This document shows, in pieces, positions 21,764 through 34,098 of a DNA stretch of 64,000 bases. The notes under the pieces are model-generated. The model ran no database searches. It was not told the DNA's origin and was given only the letters and a program-made list of their open reading frames with translations. The position numbers were made by a program, and so were the translations under genes. How positions within the stretch are numbered: position 1 is the first letter of the stretch; every line of letters starts with the position of its first letter. Source of the DNA: an uncultured Methanosarcinaceae archaeon (GTDB lineage: Archaea; Halobacteriota; Methanosarcinia; Methanosarcinales; Methanosarcinaceae); contig CAWJYV010000007.1 of the NCBI GenBank assembly GCA_963847185.1, positions 864,001-928,000 on the forward strand, in the 5' to 3' direction.

Positions 21764-23956
21764 ATGGGAAGAAGGAAGAAGATGGTCGAGCGCGTAACAA
21801 CGCTCATGAACGAACCTGCAAAGATCAGGAACATCGGGATTGTTGCGCATATTGACCACGGAAAAACTACATTATCGGACAACCTGTTAGCAGGCGCCGG
21901 CATGATTTCCAAGGAACTTGCCGGAAGACAGTTATTCATGGACTCCGACGAAGAGGAACAAGCAAGAGGTATTACTATTGATGCCTCTAACGTTTCCATG
22001 GTTCACACTTATAATAATGAAGACTATCTGATTAACCTGATAGACACTCCTGGACACGTTGACTTCGGTGGGGACGTCACCCGTGCCATGAGAGCCGTAG
22101 ACGGTGCTGTTGTTGTCGTAGACGCTGTAGAAGGTACCATGCCCCAGACCGAGACTGTTCTGAGGCAGGCTCTTAGAGAACATGTCAGACCTGTGCTTTT
22201 CGTTAACAAAGTAGACAGGCTGATCAATGAGCTTCAGGTTGATTCCCAGGAAATGCAGGTCCGTCTTGGAAAGGTCATCGACCACGTGAACAAGCTCATC
22301 AAAAACATGAACCCTGAGAAGTTCAAAGCTGGCTGGAAAGTAGATGCATCAGCCGGAACTGTAGCTTTTGGGTCAGCCCTTTACAACTGGGCAATCAGCG
22401 TACCTATGATGCAGAAGACAGGGATTTCATTTAAGGAAGTCTATGACTACTGCAAAGCCGAAGACATGAAGGCTCTGGCAGATAAATGTCCCCTGCATGC
22501 AACTGTTCTTGATATGGTAATCAGGTATCTGCCTAATCCTCTTGATGCCCAGAAGGGAAGGGTACCTGCTATCTGGCACGGAGATGCTAACACTGAAATC
22601 GGCAGATCCATGGCCAGTGCAAATGCAGCCGGTGACCTTGCTTTCATGGTAACGGACATTTCCGTAGATCCTCATGCAGGAGAAGTCGCAACCGGAAGGT
22701 TATTCAGCGGATCTCTTACCCGTGGAATGGAAGTTTACACATCCGGGACTGCAAAAAAGAGCAGAGTCCAGCAGGTAGGTATCTTCATGGGTCCTGAAAG
22801 GCTCGAAGTGGAGAAAATCCCTGCAGGAAACATTGCTGCAGTTACGGGTTTAAAAGATGCAATCGTAGGGTCCACAGTTACAACCCTTGATGGCATGATA
22901 CCTTTCGAAAGCATCAGGCACGTAAGCGAACCTGTGGTGACTGTGGCTGTAGAAGCCAAGCACACCAAAGATCTGCCCAAACTAATTGAGGTTCTCAGAC
23001 AGGTTGCAAAGGAAGACCCAACTCTTCAGATTACTCTGGACGAGGAAACCGGGGAACACCTGATGGCAGGTATGGGAGAACTTCACCTGGAAGTTATCGC
23101 TCACAGGATCCAGAGAGATAAAAATGTGGAAATCACCACAAGCAAGCCGATTGTAGTTTACAGGGAAACCATTAAGAAGAAGATCGAAGCTGTTGAAGGA
23201 AAGTCTCCAAACAGACACAACAGGTTCTATATCTATGTGGAGCCCCTTGACACTGAGATCGTCAGTGCTATTAAGGCAGGCGATATCAGCATGAATATAC
23301 CTGAGCTTGAGCGCAGACAGAAACTCATGGAACTCGGAATGGAAAAGGAAGAAGCAAAAGGCATTGCCGGCATCCATACTTCCAATATCTTTATAGATCT
23401 GACCAAGGGTATCCAGTATCTGAACGAGACAATGGAACTGGTGCTTGACGGGTTTGAAGAAGTTATGAGAGCAGGTCCTCTTACAAGAGAACCGGTGGCA
23501 AACATGAAATGCGTACTCGTAGATGCAAAGCTTCACGAAGACGCAATTCATAGAGGCCCGGCTCAGGTTATTCCTGCTGCAAGGCAGGCCATTCAGGCAG
23601 GCATGCTTATGGCAGAAGACAGTCTGCTCGAACCTTATCAGAAGGTCTTTGTCCAGGTGCCCCAGCTTACAATGGGTGGTGCAACAAAGGAACTTCAGGG
23701 TCGTCGTGGAATCATCCTTAACATGACTACTGAAGGAGACCTGGCAATTATCGAGGCCAGAGTGCCTGTGGCCGAAATGTTCGGATTTGCAGGGGAAATC
23801 AGGTCCGCAACCGAAGGACGTGCTATGTGGAGTACTGAATTCGGAGGATTTGATATTGTGCCATCTAGCATCCAGACTGAAATAGTAGGTCAGATCAGAG
23901 AGAGGAAAGGTCTCAAGAAAGATCTTCCCAAGGCTGCTGACTACCTTTCAATGTAA
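21764..23956 (+). CDS. fusA: Elongation factor EF-2
   Basis: '[12 protein letters not shown]', 'RGITI', 'DTPGHVDF', 'NKVD', diphthamide loop 'HEDAIHRGP'. Confidence 0.98.
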   Translation: MGRRKKMVERVTTLMNEPAKIRNIGIVAHIDHGKTTLSDNLLAGAGMISKELAGRQLFMDSDEEEQARGITIDASNVSMVHTYNNEDYLINLIDTPGHVDFGGDVTRAMRAVDGAVVVVDAVEGTMPQTETVLRQALREHVRPVLFVNKVDRLINELQVDSQEMQVRLGKVIDHVNKLIKNMNPEKFKAGWKVDASAGTVAFGSALYNWAISVPMMQKTGISFKEVYDYCKAEDMKALADKCPLHATVLDMVIRYLPNPLDAQKGRVPAIWHGDANTEIGRSMASANAAGDLAFMVTDISVDPHAGEVATGRLFSGSLTRGMEVYTSGTAKKSRVQQVGIFMGPERLEVEKIPAGNIAAVTGLKDAIVGSTVTTLDGMIPFESIRHVSEPVVTVAVEAKHTKDLPKLIEVLRQVAKEDPTLQITLDEETGEHLMAGMGELHLEVIAHRIQRDKNVEITTSKPIVVYRETIKKKIEAVEGKSPNRHNRFYIYVEPLDTEIVSAIKAGDISMNIPELERRQKLMELGMEKEEAKGIAGIHTSNIFIDLTKGIQYLNETMELVLDGFEEVMRAGPLTREPVANMKCVLVDAKLHEDAIHRGPAQVIPAARQAIQAGMLMAEDSLLEPYQKVFVQVPQLTMGGATKELQGRRGIILNMTTEGDLAIIEARVPVAEMFGFAGEIRSATEGRAMWSTEFGGFDIVPSSIQTEIVGQIRERKGLKKDLPKAADYLSM

Positions 23957-24302
23957 GTGGAGTTTCTCCACTTTCCTCAATATTTTTGAGGCATCCCGTT
24001 CCCTTTGGAATAAACAAAAAGATCTCGACTGACCTGGAAGGGAGAAGAATCCCTATCGGTTCGAGGACACGGCCAATCGGAAAGCTTTAAGTTAAGGTAT
24101 GCCTATATTGGGGGAAACAGTCCAGGCATCTGGATATTTATTAGAATTCCGGTTAAGAAAAAAGGCCGGAAAGGGATCTGCAATATTGATGTATAAAATG
24201 GATCTAGAAATAATTAATCAGTATTGATAATTGCCCTAATCTTAATATAGTAAATATTTGATATACGAGTTAAACTCATCCAGAATTACAGGAGAATTAT
24301 AT

Positions 24303-25918
<1,616 letters not shown>

Positions 25919-25935
25919 ATGCAAAAAAAAGACAG

Positions 25936-25990
25936 GTTACAGAAACTTTCTGTAACAGGTCTTGCAAACCTTCTTTTCACTTCTTTATTC
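25936..25990 (+). terminator. Hairpin plus pyrimidine tract ending the rpo/str operon
   Basis: GTTACAGAA-act-TTCTGTAAC inverted repeat followed by T-rich tracts just after the rps10 stop. Confidence 0.45.
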
Positions 25991-26006
25991 ATTTCTGCGT
26001 TTCAGA

Positions 26007-26086
26007 ATAGTTGTTCTTCTAATTTTCAATAATTCCATAGCTGTTCTTCTAATTTTCAATGTTTCCAAATAATTGTTCTTCTAACT
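26007..26086. repeat. Imperfect ~30-bp direct repeat (core TGTTCTTCTAATTTTCAAT), 2 full copies + 1 partial
   Basis: Visible at 26007, 26037 and about 26069. Confidence 0.7.
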
Positions 26087-26088
26087 CT

Positions 26089-27610
26089 TTAATAACGGCG
26101 CTCTACAGTATAAGAGATAATTTTCGTGCCATTTGCTGGAATTGCCACTTTGAATTCCATCTTAAAAGCAGCAGTTTTCTCGTAGGGATCTGAACTTTCC
26201 AGAACTTCCCATTCTCCAAAGAGATGTTCTACGACAGTCACTTTTTGAGCTTCAGATTTACTATTATTGATTTGGATCTCATAGCTGACCCTTTCCACTT
26301 TATCATTTATGCGCTGGTAATCTGTCTGGTTGCGTGTGACTGCAAGATCGAAAGCTGACCCTGTAGCAATTTTTAACTTTTCATCCTGTGGTGTATGCTC
26401 TATCCGATCTTCACCCAGGAACTGCAATTCTCCAGCATAATCGGTTTTGTAAACTCTTACAATGCCCGCTGGAAGAGGCTCTTCCAGGCCCTGTTTCATT
26501 TGAGTTTACAAAGTCAGGAAAATCCAGATTTTCTCCCCTCTGTCACTGTCATAGACAAGCTCCTTTTCCACAGGCACGGATTCCACAGAGAAAAGTGAAA
26601 TCTGCTTTTCCTGGTTATTTTTCAGGGTTGCCGGTCTCTCCAGGATATAGAGGTGATACTCAGAGAGAGCTTCTTCGGTAAAAGGCGATGATGATTTTGT
26701 TTCCTGAACTGCAGCTTCTTCGGCACGTTCAAAAAGAGGCTGAGGCTGGGGAGATATGCGGTTTATTTCACCGGAAACAAGTTTCAGAGATGCATTCTCA
26801 TAAGTAATCCCTGCCCTGTTCTCGATATTTACCCGGCCCCGGATATCGGCTTCAGTATCATTTTCATTGCTTATCAGGACATAGTCCGCTTTCCAGCTTA
26901 TGCCACCCGTGAGGTAGGACACCAGAAGCTCTCGTGTCCCGGCAAGAGGAGAAGAAATCTTCCAGATGAGAGCAGGTTTTACCGAGAGTCCGGAGGAATC
27001 TGCCAGTTCGATTTTTGAAATATCCCGGATTACAATGACTCTTTCTGCTCCGGTCTTAAGGACAGCACTGTTGCCGTCATAGCTCAGCAGTGTCCCGTTA
27101 TAAGTTTCGCCATCTCTTCCTGTTACGGCAATTTCCCTGCCAAAGTATTTTTCAAGCAAACTGGAATTGGTTGCAAGGTCATATTCGTAGTTCTGTTCAA
27201 GTATGGCAGTATCTCTGCTTTCCGGATCCTCCACTATAACAGAAGCAGGATTGATTCCGGAAGCAATATCAGAATACTCTACCTGATTAACCCCACTTTC
27301 CAGGTTGATTTCTCTCCTTTCCTTTACAAGTGCGAGCCCCTGTTCGTAGATAGTAACTTCAAGCCTCTTCCCGGCTGTAATCTCTCCCAGGGCCAAATTT
27401 CCCAGGATGTCTGCAGATTTTATTCTCGCACCGTTATCCTGATCTCCTGAAGTTAATCTTATCCTGACTTGAGTTAATCCTGTCCTCTTCACTTTCTGGC
27501 TCGTATTCTTGAGCCATAACTCCCATATTCTGAGGGATACTGGCTAAAAAGAGCAGTAAGATCCCGATAAATGCCAATGCAAACCAGAAGAAACGTCTCT
27601 TTACTCCCAT
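26089..27610 (-). pseudogene. Secreted DUF4139-family protein with three indels
   Basis: Signal peptide MGVKRRFFWFALAFIGILLLFLA from ATG 27610; motifs 'VTIYEQGLALVKE', 'LEQNYEYDL', 'YLTGGISWKADY', 'EYHLY', 'PLPAGIVRVY', 'GEDRIEHTP'; +1 indel near 27451 and compensating -1/+1 indels at about 26510/26490 create stops. Confidence 0.8.
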
Positions 27611-27870
27611 ACTGTTAATGTGATTCAGATTTATATATACGTAATTTTATTGAAATTCAGGAGAAGTTACTCAGAAAAATAATCCATTTCTCATTGCCTT
27701 CTTTAAAAAGCACTGTTTTTGTATCACTCAAAAGTTACACATAATCTGAATCAGAAAGGGAATTTATAAATGAAATTAAAAATGCAAAAATATTTATGTT
27801 GGAAAATCGACTCATAGTCGTCGATCTTCTCACAAAATAATTTCGATTAAAATCATATGTGGAGACTAAA

Positions 27871-28443
27871 ATGAAATCAAAAAACATTACTAAAGTGTTT
27901 CTCACCCTCGTATCTCTTTTTCTTGTATGCACCTCTTCAGCTTTTGCAGAAGACCAGGGGCAGCATCAGACAGGGATAGTTGATACGCTAAAAAATGATT
28001 TGAATAAGATCCAGTTCTACGGAGAAGTCCTGCTCTCGGGAATATCATATAAAATAAACCATTTTAGTGACGCTAACGCAGACGGCAATGTAACTGCTCA
28101 AGATGATCTGGATTTCTGGAATGACACACAAGCTCGATATCCAATATCTGAGAAGCCAGTTTTCATAAGCATGGATGGTGTTTGTGGACAGGTTTATAAA
28201 TACGTCCCTGAAGGAGTAACTGAAGCCACAGTCACGGACAATTCAGGAAATGCTCTGGATTCCTACACAATCACCAAAAACGAAACAGGATTTACAATTC
28301 AAAAGGGAGCTTACAGTAACCCGGATAATAGCTACGCAATAACTCTGGATAAATTAGAAGAACTCGATGAGATTTATGGTGATACCGGACAGGTTAAAGC
28401 CTGTGAAATGTACATAAAAGACCAGATCCAGACTCAGGCGTGA
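27871..28443 (+). CDS. Secreted hypothetical protein with a dockerin/EF-hand-like Ca2+ loop
   Basis: GGAG RBS; signal peptide ending SSAFA-ED; 'DANADGNVTAQDD'. Confidence 0.7.
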   Translation: MKSKNITKVFLTLVSLFLVCTSSAFAEDQGQHQTGIVDTLKNDLNKIQFYGEVLLSGISYKINHFSDANADGNVTAQDDLDFWNDTQARYPISEKPVFISMDGVCGQVYKYVPEGVTEATVTDNSGNALDSYTITKNETGFTIQKGAYSNPDNSYAITLDKLEELDEIYGDTGQVKACEMYIKDQIQTQA

Positions 28444-28535
28444 GATTTAATTCTAATTTCTTTTTTTCATTCCCTTTTCGTAAATTCTTTTAGTCTTAGA
28501 TCCTCAAGTTGACTTCGAACTTACAGATAGTTTAT

Positions 28536-28665
28536 GAGCTCATCCCAAAACTTAATTCGCGTCTCTGAATCTTGAATTTGGTACGACCAATCGAGTTGCT
28601 AATCATGAAAAATGTTTCTGAAGCTTTTATTGATGTGAGAATAAAATTAGTTTTGGGATGAGCTC
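28536..28665. mobile_element. 130-bp MITE with 17-bp terminal inverted repeats
   Basis: GAGCTCATCCCAAAACT ... AGTTTTGGGATGAGCTC; TAT on both flanks; no ORF. Confidence 0.85.
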
Positions 28666-28741
28666 TATATCTTTTTTTAATAGCTCTTGTCTATATAGGA
28701 CTTATGTGATTTTCCTAAAAAATCAAAATATCAAACGAGAC

Positions 28742-29377
28742 TTATACATTTGAGATAGCAATGGCTATAAAATATTTTTTCAACCCATTCCCGTTGGTTT
28801 CCCACTTAATTAACGTAAACCCGCACTTTTCAAGCAATTCTTGCATTTCTTTTTGGGAATAAATCCTAACATCCCCGCTCTTGCTGAACTTTATTACTAA
28901 ATTTAGAATAAACCTCAATAGGTTGTTAGGAGTAAATGGGTCTGCTATCATCAGAATTCCGTCTGGCTTCAGAACACGTTTTATTTCCTTCAAGACAAGC
29001 TCAGGACTGGGATAATGATGAAAGGAGGCGTTGCAGGTAACAATATCAAAAGACTCGTTATTCCAGGGCAAATGCTCAGAGTCTCCAACTTTTAGATCAG
29101 CTTTATCATCTAAAAGTTCCTTGCTTTTTTCTATCATTTTGAGTGATATATCAATTCCAGATACTGCTACATCGAATTTGTTCAAAACCATTGACAAAAA
29201 TGTGCCGTTTCCGCATCCAACATCCAATAATGTATTAACATTTTTGCCACCTAATTCTTTTATCAATGCACAATGCATTGGCTCAGTATATTTACCTAAT
29301 ATGTTAGAATAATCCGAAGACATTTCATTAAAATAATTTTTAGATCTCTCTTTATACTCTTGAGGATTATGCTTCAA
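28742..29377 (-). CDS. Class I SAM-dependent methyltransferase (UbiE-like)
   Basis: 'LLDVGCGNG', 'GDSEHLPWNNESFDIV', 'EIKRVLKPDG'. Confidence 0.9.
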   Translation of the reverse strand: MKHNPQEYKERSKNYFNEMSSDYSNILGKYTEPMHCALIKELGGKNVNTLLDVGCGNGTFLSMVLNKFDVAVSGIDISLKMIEKSKELLDDKADLKVGDSEHLPWNNESFDIVTCNASFHHYPSPELVLKEIKRVLKPDGILMIADPFTPNNLLRFILNLVIKFSKSGDVRIYSQKEMQELLEKCGFTLIKWETNGNGLKKYFIAIAISNV

Positions 29378-29794
29378 GATTATACCCTCTTTAGCTGATT
29401 CTTTTTATCGAGCTTATCATAAGATCATTAAAGTCTTGGTTTCAGTATTAATTAACTTTTATTATATTCTATTTTTAGAAGTAAGAAATCTTCCGCGTGG
29501 AGTTTTGATACAATAAACGGGAGGCTCTATAATTATAAGTTGAGAAATTTCAATTCCGTCGTGGTTCCAAAAGTGGATATTAGTAGTTAGACAAATTGAA
29601 GTTACAGTATATAGATCAACCGTACCTGCGGTAGCTTTGGTTTAAAAGACTTAAAAGTAAAATATTTCGGGATAAGACACACTACAAAACTAAAAAATAG
29701 CTCACAGGCGCTATAATGTGTCTTTGACACTTATACTGCACTGTCCGAAAAAAATGTAATAAAGGATGAAGAATTAAAGGACGAAGAATTGATT

Positions 29795-30205
29795 TTACTT
29801 TAGCAGCTTCAATGCATCTCTGCAGGCTGCGACTGCAGGTGCTCCTGAGGTTATGAAAATAACATCCATTACTTCCATTATTTCCTCTTTTGTAGCACCG
29901 TTTTTGAGTGCACTCTGCATCTGCACAACAGTGCATCTTTCGCACTGTTTGGATGCAACAACTGCGAGAGCTATAAGGATTTTTGTTTTTGCGGGTAGAG
30001 CGCCGTCTGACAGTAGCTTTTTGTTACACCTGTTATACTTCTTAAGAGATTCACTGTCAAGTTCCCCAAGAATTTCAAGGATATGAGGGGTAAAACCTAG
30101 CTTGCTACTCATGCTTTCCAGTAACTCTTCATGTTCAAGGTCTTTATGTTCTTCTTTACGTCCTTCCCTACTTCCTCCACAGCATCCTTCGCTATGTTCT
30201 TCCAT
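29795..30205 (-). CDS. Carboxymuconolactone decarboxylase/AhpD-like protein
   Basis: '[38 protein letters not shown]'; GGGG RBS before ATG 30205. Confidence 0.85.
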   Translation of the reverse strand: MEEHSEGCCGGSREGRKEEHKDLEHEELLESMSSKLGFTPHILEILGELDSESLKKYNRCNKKLLSDGALPAKTKILIALAVVASKQCERCTVVQMQSALKNGATKEEIMEVMDVIFITSGAPAVAACRDALKLLK

Positions 30206-30338
30206 GTTTGTTAACCCCCACTGTAATTCAACTGGTTGTATTAGTAACCTGCATCTCCCGAATTGTGCCTCGGAAGTACAGGTCTTTTTGTTGCGATTCA
30301 ACTAATTATATTAGATATTGTATCTATTTGCATGTTAT

Positions 30339-31184
30339 TTATCTATTCCTGAAGCTCTTGAACTCGTTCCCCAGTACTTTTTCCAGATCAAGCTTTTCTC
30401 CGCCTCTCCAGAGAAATTCAAACTCTTTACTGAGGTTTTTTGCAAATTCTGAATCCCAGATTTTTACGACCGAAAGGATGCGGTCTTTATCCTGAGGATG
30501 GGGCTGAAACAGGACTACAGCGCTGCTGTCAATAACTCCGAAGCAGGATTGAGAGTTCTGGACAAGTCTGATTTCCATGCTTTTTTTCAATTTTTCTAAG
30601 GCTTCCTCTTTCTGCATTGAAAGCACGGAAGCAAGAGATATGAAACGGGGAGAAATCATTAGCTTGATTTTAACTCCACGGTCAATAGCTTTTAAAACGT
30701 CTGGTATCAGGAGGGAAAAGACAGGCATACCGACGACTGGCGGAATTACAAATACCGAATTTTTTACTTCCCCATAGATAGAAGCAGCAAATTTTTTGAT
30801 TTCGGATTCGCTTATGGCAGTCGTCCAGAAAACCTCATCTTTTCTCTTCTGAGACTGCACAGCTTTTAGAGTCTGTTTTGCCTCTTCAACAAAGCCCTTT
30901 AAGACCTCGATCTCCCTTTCAAACTCGGCTTTCCTTTTCTCAAAAAAGAAATCCAGAGCCATTTCAGGATCAACAGCTCTGAATTTTTTGGGCCTTGAGG
31001 CTTGAATTTCTACAAAACCTTTTCCTGCCAGGGATTCAAGGACAGTATATATCTTGCCATAAGGTACATCGGCATCTTTACAAACAATATTTGCCTCGGA
31101 AACGCCGAATTTCAAGAGGGAGATGTAGGTTGCTGCCTCATAAGCATTTAGCCCTATATCCTGAAGAAGCCTTTTCTTTTGCAT
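30339..31184 (-). CDS. TrmB-family transcriptional regulator
   Basis: 'IGLNAYEAATYISLL..ADVPYGKIYTVLESLAGKGFVE..RPKKFRAVDP' plus C-terminal effector domain. Confidence 0.9.
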   Translation of the reverse strand: MQKKRLLQDIGLNAYEAATYISLLKFGVSEANIVCKDADVPYGKIYTVLESLAGKGFVEIQASRPKKFRAVDPEMALDFFFEKRKAEFEREIEVLKGFVEEAKQTLKAVQSQKRKDEVFWTTAISESEIKKFAASIYGEVKNSVFVIPPVVGMPVFSLLIPDVLKAIDRGVKIKLMISPRFISLASVLSMQKEEALEKLKKSMEIRLVQNSQSCFGVIDSSAVVLFQPHPQDKDRILSVVKIWDSEFAKNLSKEFEFLWRGGEKLDLEKVLGNEFKSFRNR

Positions 31185-31415
31185 ACAGGGTTCAATTACC
31201 GGTATCTTAAAAACTATTTCGAAAAACTAACTTCCAAATCCAAAAAACAGACAAGAGTGTAATTTATTCACCTTTTTTATACCTCTAGATTCTATTTTTA
31301 TTTGGGATTGAAGTTACTTCTATATAGGTTACTCATTGCTTGTTATTGGAGTAAGGATTTTTCTGTTATGAAATGAATAATAATAGCATCATTTTCAGTA
31401 TTAAAGGGGGATAAG

Positions 31416-31970
31416 ATGAAACCTACGGATGATTTAAAAGAGGAACACAGGGCTGTTAAACTGATGCTCAGAATCCTTAATGGAGTATGCGTAAATATAG
31501 AATCTGGAAGAAGTGTTAAACAGGAGAACCTTGAGAAGCTTGTAGAATTTATGAGAGTTTTTGTTGATAAATGCCATCATACAAAAGAAGAAGTGTATCT
31601 TTTCCCTGAAATGGAAAAAGCAGAAATATCAGGTTCTAGAGAATTAATCGCTTCCCTTAAAAATGAGCATGAAGAGGGAAGGCGGTATGTCAACAGAATT
31701 GAAAAGGTAGTTTCGGAAAAAGAAGAATACAGAAAACTATCAGCTATGGTTGATGATTCAAGAGCTTATATTCATCTTTTGAGCCTACATATTGATAAGG
31801 AGGATAACATCCTTTTCCCGATGGCAGATGCAAATCTTTCACAAGCTGCCCAGAAAGATTTACTTGAATCTTTTGAAACTGTAGAAACTGAAATAATAGG
31901 GTCTGGAAAGCATGAAGAGTTCCATGAGTGGTTACACACCATGAAGGAGATCTACATCGAACATGAGTAA
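31416..31970 (+). CDS. Hemerythrin-like (HHE cation-binding) domain protein
   Basis: 'EEH', 'HHTKEEVYLFP', 'EHEEGR', 'HIDKEDNILFP'. Confidence 0.9.
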   Translation: MKPTDDLKEEHRAVKLMLRILNGVCVNIESGRSVKQENLEKLVEFMRVFVDKCHHTKEEVYLFPEMEKAEISGSRELIASLKNEHEEGRRYVNRIEKVVSEKEEYRKLSAMVDDSRAYIHLLSLHIDKEDNILFPMADANLSQAAQKDLLESFETVETEIIGSGKHEEFHEWLHTMKEIYIEHE

Positions 31971-31993
31971 ACACATGAGAAAAAGGCAGTAAA

Positions 31994-32250
31994 TCCCGAG
32001 TTCCGCGTCGGGAGCACGGGGTCCGTTTCCCTCGCTTTGCTCGCTCAAGCAGACTAACTTATGGCTTAGAATCTTGCCTAACTTTTCGAATTGCACCTTG
32101 CCCGAGTTGCACTTTGGGAGCACACGGCCCTTTTCCCCCTGAATTTCGCTTCGGGATCGCAGGAAATCGAAGATTTTCTGGGAGTTGCGATGTAATCACA
32201 ACAGTATGCAGTCCTTTTCACTCGCTGCGCTCGCTCAAGAGGACTAACTT
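31994..32250. repeat. Two copies of a GC-rich, hairpin-forming dispersed repeat (REP-like)
   Basis: CCCGAGTT..(T)GGGAGCAC...GTCC..TT..CGCTCAAG..GACTAACTT at 31994-32060 and 32101-32250; third copy at 62977-63035. Confidence 0.8.
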
Positions 32251-32297
32251 TTGGTGAAGAGTTTAAAAAGTATTTTATGATAAAGATATTTAAGAGT

Positions 32298-32666
32298 TTA
32301 TCCGTGTATCAGTTTGGGGAGACATCGAGTGCATACCCAGAGACTTTGCATTTTGTGTCTTAGGGGCAGGAGATAGTGTGTGTCCTCGCCGGCTCCGCAG
32401 GAGAAGCAGCGGATTGAAATATCTTGTTTTTTGGGTTGGGTTTCTGCTTTTTCTCGATTAAACTCGACAGTATGTCTCTCTTCTATGGAGATTGCTCCCT
32501 CTGGACAGATGCCAAGACAGAAGCCCATACCATCACAGAGTTCTTCGGATACGACTTCTGCTTTTCCGTTTATGATTTCAATAGCTCCCTCGGCACACGG
32601 TGCTACGCATTTCCCACAGCCGGTACATTTTTTCTTGTCAATTTTTACGATCATTCGTTTTACCAT
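32298..32666 (-). CDS. 2x[4Fe-4S] ferredoxin with C-terminal CxxC...CxxC zinc ribbon
   Basis: 'CTGCGKCVAPCAEGAI', 'CDGMGFCLGICPEGAI', 'CFSC...CTRC'. Confidence 0.88.
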   Translation of the reverse strand: MVKRMIVKIDKKKCTGCGKCVAPCAEGAIEIINGKAEVVSEELCDGMGFCLGICPEGAISIEERHTVEFNREKAETQPKKQDISIRCFSCGAGEDTHYLLPLRHKMQSLWVCTRCLPKLIHG

Positions 32667-32709
32667 TAGATAACCCACTCCAAGATTATTTTCACAATAT
32701 TTCTCTAAA

Positions 32710-32819
32710 AATCTGACTTTAATCTGACTTTAATCTGACTTTAATCTGACTTTAATCTGATTTTAATCTGATTTTAATCTGATTTTAATCTGATTTTAAT
32801 CTGATTTTAATCTGATTTT
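32710..32819. repeat. 11-bp tandem repeat AATCTGA(C/T)TTT x10
   Basis: 4 copies with C followed by 6 copies with T, perfectly periodic. Confidence 0.95.
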
Positions 32820-32859
32820 AGTTAAAAATTAATCTGAAGTCTTGTAATCTTTGCAAGAA

Positions 32860-33333
32860 TCAGATATTAGCTAACAGTAACTGCATTTTGAGATCCGGCA
32901 AATATCCCTCTCTATACAGAGACATTTTGTAGTCATTTATTATTTTGCACATTTTTGAGGTGTATTTTATCAGGTTACTATCTGTATTTCCTTTGAATAA
33001 TATTTTTTCGGCTTTCTCAAGAAGATCAGGGTAAATGAATACCAGTTCTTCTTTTGTTTGCAAAAACAGAGCTGAAAAATCCCTGTGAATGCTCATACTT
33101 CTCTGCAACAGTTCAAGATCTAAACTACTTTCAGAGATATAATTCTTAAATTTCGTGTAAGTGTAGAAATTTGCAATATTATAGTTTAGAGAATTTAAAA
33201 TTGAGTACAGGATATTATCTGTATTCGGAAAGGGAATGTCCCTAAGTTCGGGATCTGCACCCTTGTAGCTCTCATCGTCGCCTATTTTCCCGTTATTGCT
33301 CATATCGTGGTTCATTTTATTGCTCTTGATCAT
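32860..33333 (-). CDS. Hypothetical protein
   Basis: 157-aa ORF co-oriented with neighbours; no recognisable motif; start uncertain. Confidence 0.5.
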   Translation of the reverse strand: MIKSNKMNHDMSNNGKIGDDESYKGADPELRDIPFPNTDNILYSILNSLNYNIANFYTYTKFKNYISESSLDLELLQRSMSIHRDFSALFLQTKEELVFIYPDLLEKAEKILFKGNTDSNLIKYTSKMCKIINDYKMSLYREGYLPDLKMQLLLANI

Positions 33334-33402
33334 AAATTACATTTTTACTTGGACTTACAGACTCAGAAAAATTCTGGAAAAACAGGGCACACCTGATGAG
33401 GT

Positions 33403-33831
33403 TTAACCCTCATTCTCAGGCGCAGGAAAAACCCCTAGCTGCTGGATCAAGCCCAGAAGATTAGCTTCGCCCCACAGCTCAACGATCTTACCATCCTTGA
33501 TGCGAAAGACCTCTATGCCAGTCATGGTTATTGGCTTTCCTGTAGCCGGCAGACCCATAAAGCTGCCTTTGTGTATGCCATAAGCTGTGAAACGAGCAGC
33601 CACGTTATTCCCCTCGGCAATTAGATCCTCAACTGCAACATTGAGGTGCTCAAAGGCTGCCCTGCATGTGGTAATTACTTCATTTATTCCCTTAATTCCC
33701 GGGGACGCAGGAAGAGGCGTGTGCATCACGAAATCGGGTGATAGTAACTCGTTAGCAGTGCTCAAATTTCCTTTAGAGGGGCCTTCTTCAAAGAATCGGC
33801 GAACTATTGCTTTGTTCTCTTCTGTAGACAT
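33403..33831 (-). CDS. SnoaL-like ester cyclase (NTF2 fold)
   Basis: 'MSTEENKAIVRRFFEE', 'EDLIAEGNNVAARF', 'FMGLPATGKPI', 'FRIKDGKIVE'; GAGG RBS. Confidence 0.9.
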   Translation of the reverse strand: MSTEENKAIVRRFFEEGPSKGNLSTANELLSPDFVMHTPLPASPGIKGINEVITTCRAAFEHLNVAVEDLIAEGNNVAARFTAYGIHKGSFMGLPATGKPITMTGIEVFRIKDGKIVELWGEANLLGLIQQLGVFPAPENEG

Positions 33832-34098
33832 ATTATCCTCGTTTGCTTCCAGTCTGCTTGTTTTGATTTCCTGCTGATTATCTGTAATTGACCTGAGATT
33901 TCAGTGATGTGTACCTTCCACAAATTTTATTCTCGCATCCTGAATTGTCTTTTTAATACTTTAGTTCTGCATAGTTTATTAGCATAAGGTATCAGACTAG
34001 AAACTATGGGGGAAAGTGGGGATTGGGTCTTACTAGAAAATTTAAGACTATTAAAACATTATCTTCGTAAACTTCAAGCATTGTGTTTATTAGAGTTT

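Noticed and set aside
23960-24100. Possible structured RNA between fusA and tuf
   Set aside because: Only short, weak stems; explained adequately by a terminator plus the tuf promoter region
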